A stretch of DNA of 64,000 bases from positions 14,759 through 78,758 of the forward strand of contig CBDFKS010000004.1 of assembly GCA_965248905.1 (NCBI GenBank). The letters are read 5' to 3'. Under the pieces are notes generated by a model. The model was not told the DNA's origin. It searched no databases and was given only the letters and a program-made list of their open reading frames with translations. The translations under genes and the position numbers were made by a program. This document shows, one piece after another, positions 9,257-18,331 of the stretch (positions are counted from its first letter, which is position 1; every line of letters starts with the position of its first letter). The stretch is from Dehalococcoidia bacterium (GTDB lineage: Bacteria; Chloroflexota; Dehalococcoidia; Lucifugimonadales; JAGWBF01).

Positions 9257-9815
9257 ATGGTTCGTGGCAAAAGTAAAGCGGGATCAATCCAGCCTGGCGG
9301 AGCACCATCTGGAGTTCGCGGGACTGAAGGTTTATAACCCTCGTATCGCCGTGTTAAAGAGCAAGACAAGAAAGTGGGAAGACCTGTTCCCAGGCTACCT
9401 GTTTTGCCGGGTAGACACCAACAGCTCCAGACCCTGGCCCGGGCTACTATGGACCCCCGGTATACGCTACTTCCTACCGTCTCAAGGAACCCCCGCACCT
9501 ATTAATGAAGGGGCGGTGGAAGAGATCCAGCAGAGAGTGGAAAACTGGAACGAAGGCGGTTACCTGTGGGTATTCAAGAAGGGTGACCAATTACGGGTCA
9601 AGTCAGGCCCTCTAAAGGGCCTGGATGCCATATTCGAAAGATATTTGCCGGCCCGTGAGCGTTGCGAGGTGTTCTTGAATTGGCTCGCCAGGGGACTACT
9701 CACAGTAATGAACCCTGCTGACCTTGAGATAGCTACGAAACCAGGCTCACCCGGCCCGTGGGTCAAAGAGTATGAGCGGATCGAAAGTACCCGTCCACAG
9801 GTCGGCGCACGCTAG
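9246..9815 (+). CDS. NusG/RfaH-family specialised paralog (NGN + KOW)
   Basis: The NGN-like N-terminus is WFVAKVKRDQSSLAEHHLEFAGLKVYNPRI...LFPGYLFCRVD. The KOW motif is KKGDQLRVKSGPLKGLDAIFE. It sits at the head of a long co-directional glycan cluster. Confidence 0.85.
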   Translation: MAFEWFVAKVKRDQSSLAEHHLEFAGLKVYNPRIAVLKSKTRKWEDLFPGYLFCRVDTNSSRPWPGLLWTPGIRYFLPSQGTPAPINEGAVEEIQQRVENWNEGGYLWVFKKGDQLRVKSGPLKGLDAIFERYLPARERCEVFLNWLARGLLTVMNPADLEIATKPGSPGPWVKEYERIESTRPQVGAR

Positions 9816-10010
9816 GTGCTTTTAACAAGCACTTAATGGAAAGCTCCAAAAGAGCACGGGCCACACAGGCCAAATCGCTCCTCACATGAACCTACCGATA
9901 CGGAGGTTGGTGAGAACCCTAACAGGCGGCTCTCCGAAGAGAAAGTAGGGGAGGGCGTCAGGGGGGAACCCTACGCCAAAATACCGCACCGGCAAGTCTA
10001 ACACCCACAA

Positions 10011-10751
10011 ATGTCAGCTATCGTAGCCATACCTGCTCGGTTGAAATCAACCAGGTTCCCTCGCAAGGTCCTTGCAGACATCAATGGCAAACCCATGCTC
10101 TGGCACGTCTGCCAGGGCGTGGCCAAAGCGGAGCAGGTCTCGGCGGTGTGGGTGCTCACCGACAGCTCAGAGGTATATGAGGCGGCTTCGTCCTGGGGCA
10201 TGAAGGCCATGATGACCGCCGAGGAATGTCCATCGGGAACGGCTCGCATAGCCTCGGTGATAGATGTCATAGATGCCGACATAGTGGTCAACGTACAGGC
10301 AGATGAGCCTCTTATCTCGGGTAGTGTAGTTGATGGTGTGGTAGCCGCGCTGGAGGATTCCGATGCCGTGGTGGCCACGCCGGTATATTCCATCAACAAC
10401 ATCGCAGATGTTACGAGTCCCAATGTGGTGAAAGTGGCCCGGGCCTCCGATGGGCGAGCGCTCTACTTCTCCCGCAGTCCGATACCGTACGTAAGGGACT
10501 TCGAGGTAAAGGACTGGCTTGATCAGGCCCCATATTGGGGCCATGTCGGGGTATATGCTTACCGGCGGCAAGTCTTGATTGATTATCTCCACCTACCCGA
10601 GGGCCAGATGGAACGGGCCGAGAAATTGGAGCAGCTTCGCCTCTTGGAAGCAGGACGAGACATACTTACGGTGGAGATCGATTACAGGCCTCACGGAGTG
10701 GACGTGCCTTCGGACCTAGACCTGGTGAAGGGGCTGCTCCAGTCTTCCTGA
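10011..10751 (+). CDS. kdsB: 3-deoxy-manno-octulosonate cytidylyltransferase (CMP-Kdo synthetase)
   Basis: IVAIPARLKSTRFPRKVLADINGKPML, VVNVQADEPLI, ALYFSRSPIPY and EQLRLLEAG align along the whole length with E. coli KdsB. Confidence 0.93.
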   Translation: MSAIVAIPARLKSTRFPRKVLADINGKPMLWHVCQGVAKAEQVSAVWVLTDSSEVYEAASSWGMKAMMTAEECPSGTARIASVIDVIDADIVVNVQADEPLISGSVVDGVVAALEDSDAVVATPVYSINNIADVTSPNVVKVARASDGRALYFSRSPIPYVRDFEVKDWLDQAPYWGHVGVYAYRRQVLIDYLHLPEGQMERAEKLEQLRLLEAGRDILTVEIDYRPHGVDVPSDLDLVKGLLQSS

Positions 10752-10781
10752 ATACATTTGGTCTCCACCTGAAAGCAAAAC

Positions 10782-11663
10782 ATGACAGTCAACGGAGATA
10801 AATCATGGGATAACGCTCTAGAGCCATTTGGGCCGCTGGAGCGAGTGGTAGAGGTAGGCCCATTGCGTATCGGCGATGGCTCCCTGGCCCTTATCGCCGG
10901 CCCATGCGCCATCGAGTCCGAGAACCTTTGTCTCTCCGTAGCCGAGCATCTAGCCTCCATTTGTGCAGAGCTAGGCATACCGTACGTTTTCAAAGCCTCC
11001 TTCGACAAAGCAAATCGCACCTCTCTGAACTCCTTCCGAGGACACGGATTAAACAACGGTGTATCCGTTCTCGCCAAGGTAAAGGAGCAGATTGGAGTTC
11101 CGGTGCTGACAGACGTACATGAGACTGAACAGGTCCAGCCGCTAGCAGATGTGGTGGACATTCTGCAGATACCAGCCTTCCTCAGCCGCCAGACGGACTT
11201 GCTGGTGGAGTGTGGCAGATTGGGACGGGCTGTGAATATCAAAAAGGGCCAGTTTCTACCGCCTGAGGACATGCAATACTCCGCCGAGAAGGTGGCCAAC
11301 TCCGGAACGAAAAACATCCTTCTGACGGAGCGGGGAGCCTTATTCGGATATAGAGATTTGGTAGTGGACATGAGGGGCCTGGTGATCATGAGGTCACTGG
11401 GATACCCGGTAGTGTTCGACGCCACCCACAGCGTACAGCAAATGGGCGGTAGGGGAGGCTCGTCAGGTGGCAGGCCTCATTTCATTCCAGCCCAGATTAG
11501 AGCAGCAGCGGCAGTGGGAATCGATGCCCTATTTATCGAGACTCACCCAGACCCTGACAGCGCCTTGTCCGATGGAGCAACCATGGTACCCTTGGCAAAC
11601 ATCAGGGCTGTGTTAGAGATGGCTTTAGCCATACATTCTACCCACCAAAGGCGCCTGAGCTGA
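10782..11663 (+). CDS. kdsA: 3-deoxy-8-phosphooctulonate (Kdo8P) synthase
   Basis: GIPYVFKASFDKANRTS..SFRG, DVVDILQIPAFLSRQTDL, VVFDATHSVQ and LFIETHPDP are canonical KdsA blocks. Confidence 0.95.
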   Translation: MTVNGDKSWDNALEPFGPLERVVEVGPLRIGDGSLALIAGPCAIESENLCLSVAEHLASICAELGIPYVFKASFDKANRTSLNSFRGHGLNNGVSVLAKVKEQIGVPVLTDVHETEQVQPLADVVDILQIPAFLSRQTDLLVECGRLGRAVNIKKGQFLPPEDMQYSAEKVANSGTKNILLTERGALFGYRDLVVDMRGLVIMRSLGYPVVFDATHSVQQMGGRGGSSGGRPHFIPAQIRAAAAVGIDALFIETHPDPDSALSDGATMVPLANIRAVLEMALAIHSTHQRRLS

Positions 11664-12223
11664 CCACAGGACACGACCGGTCGGAGGCTCGAGAGCTTGC
11701 GAAAGGGTTACAAGTACTCCTTCTGGATGTCGATGGAGTCTTGACCGATGGAGGGATCATACTGTTCGGCACAGAAGGAGAAGCCAAACGTTTCGATGTG
11801 CAGGACGGGATGGGAATCAACCTAGCCAGGGCAGCCGGGCTCAAGGTGGGAATCATCACCTCTAGGACCTCCGATGTCGTACAGCGTCGCGCCGAAGAGT
11901 TGAGCATCGATGAGCTTTTTCAGGGTACCAAACGCAAGGTAGACGCCCTCGACGTCGTTCTCGATAAATATCACATCGAAGCATCCCAAGCAGGCTATAT
12001 AGGCGATGACCTTCAGGACATTCCGATTATGGAACGAGTGGGAATCCCCATCGCGGTCCAAAACGCCGCCGAGCCTGTAAAGGCATGCAGCATGTATGTG
12101 ACCATGGCAGGTGGCGGGCATGGCGCGGTGCGTGAAGCCATCGAATGGCTCCTGGAGCTCCGGGGCGACAGGGATAAGGCATACAAGTCTATTACACACC
12201 GCACCCAATGGACTAGCTCGTAG
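11660..12223 (+). CDS. kdsC: Kdo8P phosphatase (HAD-IIIA); 5' end uncertain, possible CTG start
   Basis: LLLDVDGVLTDG (nucleophile DxD), GIITSR, KRKVDAL and YIGDDLQDIPIM are present. The first canonical start (TTG at 11741) lies after the DVDG motif. The frame is open upstream, and CTG at 11660 overlaps the kdsA stop. Confidence 0.8.
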   Translation: MTTGHDRSEARELAKGLQVLLLDVDGVLTDGGIILFGTEGEAKRFDVQDGMGINLARAAGLKVGIITSRTSDVVQRRAEELSIDELFQGTKRKVDALDVVLDKYHIEASQAGYIGDDLQDIPIMERVGIPIAVQNAAEPVKACSMYVTMAGGGHGAVREAIEWLLELRGDRDKAYKSITHRTQWTSS

Positions 12224-12277
12224 ATACGACCTCCACAGTACGTTTTAGCGCTAAGGATAACGGAGGGCAGCCGCAGT

Positions 12278-13252
12278 ATGGCATTGGACATTAAAGACAA
12301 GACTTTCTTGATAACTGGAGGTACAGGCTCATTCGGCCAAAAATGTACCGAACTTCTTCTCAAGGAAGGCCCTCCCCGGCGACTGGTTATATTTAGCCGG
12401 GACGAGCTAAAGCAGTACGAGATGGAGAAGCGATTCAATCATCCATCCCTACGCTTCTTCATCGGCGACGTCAGGGATAAGGATAGGCTGTATCGGGCTA
12501 TGAACGGCGTGGATTACGTCATCCACGCTGCAGCTTTAAAACAGGTACCAGCCTGCGAGTACAACCCTTTTGAGGCGGTGAAGACCAACATCCTTGGCGC
12601 TGTAAATGTGATAGACGCCTCTATTGATAACCAGGTGGAAAAAGTAATTGCCATCAGCACCGACAAGGCCGTGAACCCGGTTAACCTGTATGGCGCAACC
12701 AAACTGTGCGCTGAAAAACTCTTCGTACAGGGCAACGCATACTCGGGGGGTCGAGCCCGGTTCTCTTGTGCCCGATATGGGAACGTGGTCGGCAGCCGAG
12801 GAAGTGTAATCCCCCTGTTTTTGCAGCAAAAATCTACTGGGAAGGTAACCGTTACGGACAAGCGTATGACTCGTTTCTGGATTACCTTGGAACAGGGCGT
12901 CAGGTTCGTTCTCAGCTGCCTGGAGACCATGGTTGGCGGCGAGATTTTCGTGCCCAAGATCCCGAGCATGAATATCATGGACCTGGTTTCGGCTATTGTG
13001 CCCGAATGTGAAGTAAACTTAACCGGCATACGGCCAGGAGAGAAGATCCACGAGCTACTTATGTCCCCCGACGAGGCACGCCAAGCGTTAGAACGCCCTG
13101 ATATGTACATCATTCAGCCTGCTCACTCATGGTGGCAGATACAGGACTCCGACGGAAGTACCCCTGTACCCGATGAGTTTATCTACAGCAGTGACAACAA
13201 CCCCCATTGGCTCACGGTTGAAGAGATTCAAGGAATGGCTGCGTCCATATGA
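12278..13252 (+). CDS. pseB: UDP-GlcNAc 4,6-dehydratase (inverting), PseB/FlaA1 type
   Basis: LITGGTGSFG, SRDELKQYEM, FFIGDVRD, HAAALKQVP..EYNP, STDKAVNPVNLYGATKL, RYGNVVGSRGSV, RMTRFWIT and GEIFVPKIPS are near-collinear with Helicobacter FlaA1. Confidence 0.9.
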   Translation: MALDIKDKTFLITGGTGSFGQKCTELLLKEGPPRRLVIFSRDELKQYEMEKRFNHPSLRFFIGDVRDKDRLYRAMNGVDYVIHAAALKQVPACEYNPFEAVKTNILGAVNVIDASIDNQVEKVIAISTDKAVNPVNLYGATKLCAEKLFVQGNAYSGGRARFSCARYGNVVGSRGSVIPLFLQQKSTGKVTVTDKRMTRFWITLEQGVRFVLSCLETMVGGEIFVPKIPSMNIMDLVSAIVPECEVNLTGIRPGEKIHELLMSPDEARQALERPDMYIIQPAHSWWQIQDSDGSTPVPDEFIYSSDNNPHWLTVEEIQGMAASI

Positions 13253-13334
13253 CATCCCATTCCAATGTCATTTCACAAACCGGATCATTGGTCTTAATAT
13301 CCCAATACCTCACCAGGTAACCGAAACTCTCAAA

Positions 13335-14180
13335 ATGGAAGAGATCAGCGTTAAAGAACTGTCCCGATACACGCCTTGGGTTGCGAGGTTGGCTGGCGTC
13401 GAGCCCTTCTCAAAGCCGACGAGGAACATCCAGAAAATAGATGCGGAATACGACAAGGATAAGTATGCCGAGCTCTTGAAGTACTTCAAACACAATCCCG
13501 ATGCCGAGCCGAGACAGGTCAAGATCTACGAGTCGGGCAACGGCGCCGATACCGAGGTGTGCATTTCCAAAGGCGGGAAACTGTTATTAACCTCCCATCT
13601 CGAAGCACAGTGCCTGGAAGAAGAGACCCTTGTCAACTGCATAGGAGATGTTATCGGCCAGGCTCCTGTTGTAATCGAGTTAGGGTGTGGATACGGTTAC
13701 AATCTCTTCACACTATCGAAGGCCTATCCCGGCCGTAACTGGATAGGCGGAGAGTACTCCCACAACGCGGTAATTCTTTCTGAGCTCCTATACTCCGATT
13801 GCTCCAACATCAAAATACAGCCATTTAACTGGTATGACGACACCTGGGACATTTTCGAGTCATTGGAGTCAGAAGCTGTCGTATTTACCAGGCATTCCAT
13901 CGAACAGTTGCCCCAGGCGAAATCTGCTCTGCAGACGATGGCCAAATATAAAGCACAGATCAAAAGAGTAGTTCATCTAGAACCCATATATGAACTGTTC
14001 ACACAGCAATCCTCCACACTGGCACAGATGCGGCAGGCTTATATTCTCATGAATGACTATAATACGGACCTCCTGGCCACCCTAACGAACATGAACGTAA
14101 AGATTGAATTGATTCAGGATGACCTGATCGGCGGCAACCCCCTGAATCCTACCTGCGTCGTTCAGTGGACTTTCAGCTGA
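13335..14180 (+). CDS. Class I SAM-dependent methyltransferase
   Basis: Motif I is VVIELGCGYGYNLFTL. The start is set to ATG 13335, after the pseB stop. The ORF-track start at 13173 overlaps pseB. Confidence 0.7.
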   Translation: MEEISVKELSRYTPWVARLAGVEPFSKPTRNIQKIDAEYDKDKYAELLKYFKHNPDAEPRQVKIYESGNGADTEVCISKGGKLLLTSHLEAQCLEEETLVNCIGDVIGQAPVVIELGCGYGYNLFTLSKAYPGRNWIGGEYSHNAVILSELLYSDCSNIKIQPFNWYDDTWDIFESLESEAVVFTRHSIEQLPQAKSALQTMAKYKAQIKRVVHLEPIYELFTQQSSTLAQMRQAYILMNDYNTDLLATLTNMNVKIELIQDDLIGGNPLNPTCVVQWTFS

Positions 14181-15202
14181 ACAATCTGGAGGCAACCAGC
14201 TTCCTGGTCGTAGGCTGTGGATCGATAGGACGTCGTCACCTCCGTAACCTGAAGTCCCTGGGTATATCCAAATTAATGGCCTTAGATGTACAACCTGAGC
14301 GGGCCGAAGCGGTGGCGGAAGAGCTTGGCATATCGACATTTACGAGTTTGTCTCAAGCACTAGAATCATCGCCCGATGTGGTATTCATTAACACTTCAAC
14401 CAGCTTCCATGTGCCTTTGGCCTTGGACGCCGCCAACAACGGCTGCCACATTTTTATCGAAAAGCCCCTTTCGCACAACCTTGATGGCGTGGATGATCTG
14501 ATCGCCCTGGTACAAGCTAAGGAGCTGGTAACGTTGGTGGGTTGCAACATGCGCTTCCATCCGGGGCTAGCCTTAATCAAAAGACTCTTGGACGATGGAG
14601 CAGTTGGGAGGGTACTGGCTGCCAGGGTGCAGGTAGGGCAGTGGCTTCCCGACTGGCACCCCTGGGAGGACTATCGCCACGGTTACAGCGCTCGAAAGGA
14701 GCTGGGTGGCGGTGTCATCCTAGACGCCATCCACGAGCTGGACTACATAGGCTGGTTGCTGGGAGGCCCAGTGCATCAAGTTGTATGCTTTGCCGGCAAC
14801 ACAAGCAGTTTAGAGATCGACACGGAAGACACCGCTGCCATCATGTTGCGCTTCGCCGACGGCGCCATAGGTGAAGTGCACATGGACTATGTGCAGAGGG
14901 CTTACAGCCGCTCCTGCCATATAATAGGCGATATGGGTACTATCCACTGGGACTACACTGATGGTCAGGTCAGGCTGTATTCGGCATCGGAAGAAAGCTG
15001 GCACACCTACTGTAATCCCACCGGATGGGAACCGAATCAGATGTACATCGACGAGATGTGTCATTTCTTACGCTGCCTTTCCGGAGAAGAGGAGCCGGTA
15101 TTGAACGTGACTGAGGGCAAACGAGTACTGGAGCTTGCCCTTGCGGCCAAGCAATCGGCGGATATCGGGGAGGTGGTTGCCATAGGGGAGAACCCTAAGT
15201 GA
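14165..15202 (+). CDS. Gfo/Idh/MocA-family NAD(P) oxidoreductase
   Basis: The N-terminal Rossmann segment is FLVVGCGSIGRRHLRNL. IEKPL and a C-terminal GFO_IDH_MocA_C-like region are also present. Confidence 0.85.
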   Translation: MDFQLNNLEATSFLVVGCGSIGRRHLRNLKSLGISKLMALDVQPERAEAVAEELGISTFTSLSQALESSPDVVFINTSTSFHVPLALDAANNGCHIFIEKPLSHNLDGVDDLIALVQAKELVTLVGCNMRFHPGLALIKRLLDDGAVGRVLAARVQVGQWLPDWHPWEDYRHGYSARKELGGGVILDAIHELDYIGWLLGGPVHQVVCFAGNTSSLEIDTEDTAAIMLRFADGAIGEVHMDYVQRAYSRSCHIIGDMGTIHWDYTDGQVRLYSASEESWHTYCNPTGWEPNQMYIDEMCHFLRCLSGEEEPVLNVTEGKRVLELALAAKQSADIGEVVAIGENPK

Positions 15203-17253
15203 GCCATAACATCGCGGCCATTATTCAGGCCCGGATGGGCTCTAGCAGATTGCCCGGAAAAACTCTGGCGCAAGTCGGCGACAAACCCCTTCTTCAGCAC
15301 CTTATTGATGCGATCAAAGCCTCAGGCTTTGTAAAAGAGATAATCATCTCCACGACGCACAAGGCCCAGGACCAGGTGTTGGTGGAGTTCGCTGAAAAGA
15401 TGGAGTTGAAACACTTTCAGGGAAGTGAAGAGGATGTTCTGGACAGGGTATATCAGTCAGCACGCCACTATCAGGTAGAACACGTGGTGCGAGTCACTCC
15501 TGATTGCCCATTTCTGGACCACAAAGTCATGGATAAGGTTGTCGAGGCCTACCTGTCCGGTCAGTACGATTACGTCAGCAATACCCTTCTTTATACCTAC
15601 CCCGATGGCCTGGACGTAGAAGTATTCTCCTTTACGGCTCTGGAGCGAGCTTGGAAGGAGGCACAGCTCCCATCGGAACGAGAGCACGTAACTCCTTACA
15701 TTCGTAACTCCGGCCACTTCAAGCTTTTCAACGTGGAAAACTCGGTGGACCTTTCACATTTCAAGTGGTCTGTCGATACCGAAGATGACCTGAATTTCGC
15801 CAAGTCAGTTTTCGAAAAGCTCAATGACAACGGGGCTGCGTCAAGTCTGGACGAGGTGCTCACGGTTCTCCAAGACCACCCGGAGCTCCTCTACATAAAT
15901 CAGCAAAGTGTCGTGAATGCCGGCTATTACAAGTCCCTTGTCGACGACCCTCCCGTACCCGCCCGCACAATTCTGACCGGCCGGTCGGAGGCCATGAAAG
16001 ACAAGGCGCAATCCTTAATCCCTTCTTCTACCCAGACCTTCAGCAAGGGCCCCACCCAGCTCGTACAAGGGGTAGCGCCCGTGTTCCTCGCCAGGGGCCA
16101 GGGAAGCCACGTCTGGGACGTGGATGACAACGAGTATATCGACTACCCTATGGCCTTGGGCCCCGTCATCCTTGGCCACAACTACGGCCCCGTGACTGAA
16201 GCGGTGATACGCCAGATGCAGGAAGGGGTGTCTTTCTCCCTACCCCATCCCTTAGAGATAGAGCTGGCAGAAATTTTGGTGGACACACTTCCCTGTGCGG
16301 AGATGGTGCGCTTCGGCAAAAACGGCTCCGACGCCACCTCGGGAGCGGTCCGCGCCGCTCGGGCGTACACGGGAAGAGATATTATCGCTTGCTGCGGGTA
16401 TCACGGCTGGCAGGACTGGTACGTAGGGACTACGACTCGGAACAAGGGTGTGCCGGAAGCGGTCCGACGCCTAACCGTTCCCTTCGAGTACAACAATATC
16501 GAGAGTCTGGAAGAGATTTTCGCCCAGCATTCCGGCCAGGTAGCAGCCGTGATTATGGAACCAATCGGGCTGGTGGAGCCCCGGGACGGGTTCCTGCAAA
16601 AGGTGAAGGAGCTAGCCCATCGCGAAGGTGCTCTGCTGGTCTTCGACGAGATAATCACAGGCTTTAGGCTGTCCTTAGGTGGAGCTCAGGAGTATCTCGG
16701 AGTGGAACCGGACATGGCGGCCTTCGGAAAGGCCATGGCTAACGGCTTTCCGCTGTCCGCGGTGGTGGGTCGCCGGGATGTCATGGAGATTTTCGATGAG
16801 GTCTTTTTCTCGTTCACCTTTGGGGGAGAGGCCATCTCTCTGGCAGCATCTATCGCAACGATCAAAGAAATGCAGAACAAAGGTGTCATATCCCACCTGT
16901 GGGCCCAGGGTCGAAAGCTAAAAGACGGCTACAACGTCATGGCCAAGGAGTTCGGGATCGAACAATACACGGAGTGCGTGGGGTTACCTCCCAGGACAGT
17001 TGCCTTGTTCCGGGATGAAAACGGCGCCGAATCGCTGGTGTTGAAGAGTCTGTTCCAGCAAGAGTGTCTCAGACGTGGTGTCCTATTCTCGGTGGGTCAC
17101 AACATCTGCTACAGCCATAGCGACGAGGATATCGATCATACTCTCCGGGTTTATCGAACGGCTTTGGATATTTTGGCACAGGCTATTCGAGAGGGCGATG
17201 TCCTTGAAAGGCTAGACGGCAAGCCGGTCGAGCCCGTGTTTCGCAAAGCGTAA
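15199..17253 (+). CDS. Fusion protein: SpsF-type nonulosonate/sugar cytidylyltransferase (N) + class-III PLP aminotransferase, GSA-aminomutase-like (C)
   Basis: The N-terminal part is IAAIIQARMGSSRLPGKTL...VRVTPDCPF...HVTPYI (CTP_transf_3/SpsF-like). The C-terminal part is GSHVWDVDDNEYIDY..., GSDATSGAVRAARAYTG, VFDEIITGFR and AAFGKAMANG (Lys). Confidence 0.88.
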   Translation: MSHNIAAIIQARMGSSRLPGKTLAQVGDKPLLQHLIDAIKASGFVKEIIISTTHKAQDQVLVEFAEKMELKHFQGSEEDVLDRVYQSARHYQVEHVVRVTPDCPFLDHKVMDKVVEAYLSGQYDYVSNTLLYTYPDGLDVEVFSFTALERAWKEAQLPSEREHVTPYIRNSGHFKLFNVENSVDLSHFKWSVDTEDDLNFAKSVFEKLNDNGAASSLDEVLTVLQDHPELLYINQQSVVNAGYYKSLVDDPPVPARTILTGRSEAMKDKAQSLIPSSTQTFSKGPTQLVQGVAPVFLARGQGSHVWDVDDNEYIDYPMALGPVILGHNYGPVTEAVIRQMQEGVSFSLPHPLEIELAEILVDTLPCAEMVRFGKNGSDATSGAVRAARAYTGRDIIACCGYHGWQDWYVGTTTRNKGVPEAVRRLTVPFEYNNIESLEEIFAQHSGQVAAVIMEPIGLVEPRDGFLQKVKELAHREGALLVFDEIITGFRLSLGGAQEYLGVEPDMAAFGKAMANGFPLSAVVGRRDVMEIFDEVFFSFTFGGEAISLAASIATIKEMQNKGVISHLWAQGRKLKDGYNVMAKEFGIEQYTECVGLPPRTVALFRDENGAESLVLKSLFQQECLRRGVLFSVGHNICYSHSDEDIDHTLRVYRTALDILAQAIREGDVLERLDGKPVEPVFRKA

Positions 17254-17272
17254 CCTTGAGGAGTTGGTGTTT

Positions 17273-18331
17273 ATGGCGACAAAGATAGAAATCGCAGATT
17301 GCTCAATCGGCGATGGGGAGCCGTGCTTCATCATTGCCGAGGCTGGCTCCAACCACAACGGTAACTTCGAGCAGGCGCTACGCCTTATAGATGTAGCGGT
17401 GGACGCCGGCGCGGACGCGGTAAAATTTCAGCTCTTTCGAGCGAGCAAGCTTTACCCCAAAACCGCAGGGCGAAGCGATTATCTGAAGCTCGACCGCTCC
17501 ATCTACGATATCATCGCCGACATGGAGATGCCCTACGAGTGGTTGCCAAAGCTGGCAAACTATTGTCAAGAAAAGAAGATCATCTTCTTGTCTTCGGTCT
17601 TTGACGAGGAGTCAGTTGACATACTGGACCCCTATGTACCGGCTTACAAAATCGCTTCCTATGAAATGACCCATCTCCCCCTTGTCCGCCACATTGCTAA
17701 GAAAGGCAAGCCGGTCATAATCTCCACAGGCACCGCCAACCTGGAAGAGGTGGATGAGACTGTCGAAGCCTTCTTCGCGACCGAGAACAAGGACTTGATG
17801 TTGATGCAGTGCACTGCGTCGTATCCCGCACCCGTAGAGTCTCTGAACCTTCGGGCAATAACAACCATGAAAGAGTCATTCAAGGTGCCGGTCGGTCTTT
17901 CCGACCACTCCCGGGACCCCTTCGTGGGGCCCATGGCGGCCGTGGCCATGGGAGCGAATCTGGTAGAGAAACACTACACATTAAGCAACCGTCTGCCTGG
18001 GCCGGATCATGCCTATGCTGTCGAGCCTCCAGAGCTTCGCGAGATGGTCCGGAAGATACGGAGCGTATCCGAAAGCTTGGGTACAGGTGAGAAGACTGTG
18101 CACTCGGTAGAGGACGAACTGAGGAGCTTCGCCAGGCGCAGCATCTTCGCCACCAGACACATCGCAGATGGGGAGGTTATCACTTCGGACAACGTCGCTG
18201 TTCTCAGGTGTGGAAAGCTGTCGGCTGGTCTGGAGCCTAGGTATTACGACGAGATATTGGGTAGTAGAGCCCAAAGAGATATCGAGGTAGATTCAGCGAT
18301 CCATGGTGGGGACTATCGGGTGAGGAGTTAG
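17273..18331 (+). CDS. Nonulosonic acid synthase (NeuB/PseI/LegI family) with a C-terminal SAF domain
   Basis: CFIIAEAGSNHNG, DAVKFQLF and SDHS are present. GAGGAG lies 9 nt before ATG 17273. Specificity (Pse, Leg or Neu) cannot be told from the sequence by eye. Confidence 0.9.
   Translation: MATKIEIADCSIGDGEPCFIIAEAGSNHNGNFEQALRLIDVAVDAGADAVKFQLFRASKLYPKTAGRSDYLKLDRSIYDIIADMEMPYEWLPKLANYCQEKKIIFLSSVFDEESVDILDPYVPAYKIASYEMTHLPLVRHIAKKGKPVIISTGTANLEEVDETVEAFFATENKDLMLMQCTASYPAPVESLNLRAITTMKESFKVPVGLSDHSRDPFVGPMAAVAMGANLVEKHYTLSNRLPGPDHAYAVEPPELREMVRKIRSVSESLGTGEKTVHSVEDELRSFARRSIFATRHIADGEVITSDNVAVLRCGKLSAGLEPRYYDEILGSRAQRDIEVDSAIHGGDYRVRS

Noticed and set aside
9925-9936. ops-like sequence GGCGGCTCTCCG in the leader downstream of the NusG paralog
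   Set aside because: Only the first five to six bases match the enterobacterial ops core (GGCGGTAG). That is too short to distinguish from chance in GC-rich DNA, and the host is unlikely to use the RfaH ops.
10691-11425. 244-aa minus-strand ORF overlapping kdsA
   Set aside because: It is fully antisense to an unambiguous KdsA frame and has a low-complexity S/R/P/T-rich translation. This is a typical GC-rich shadow ORF.
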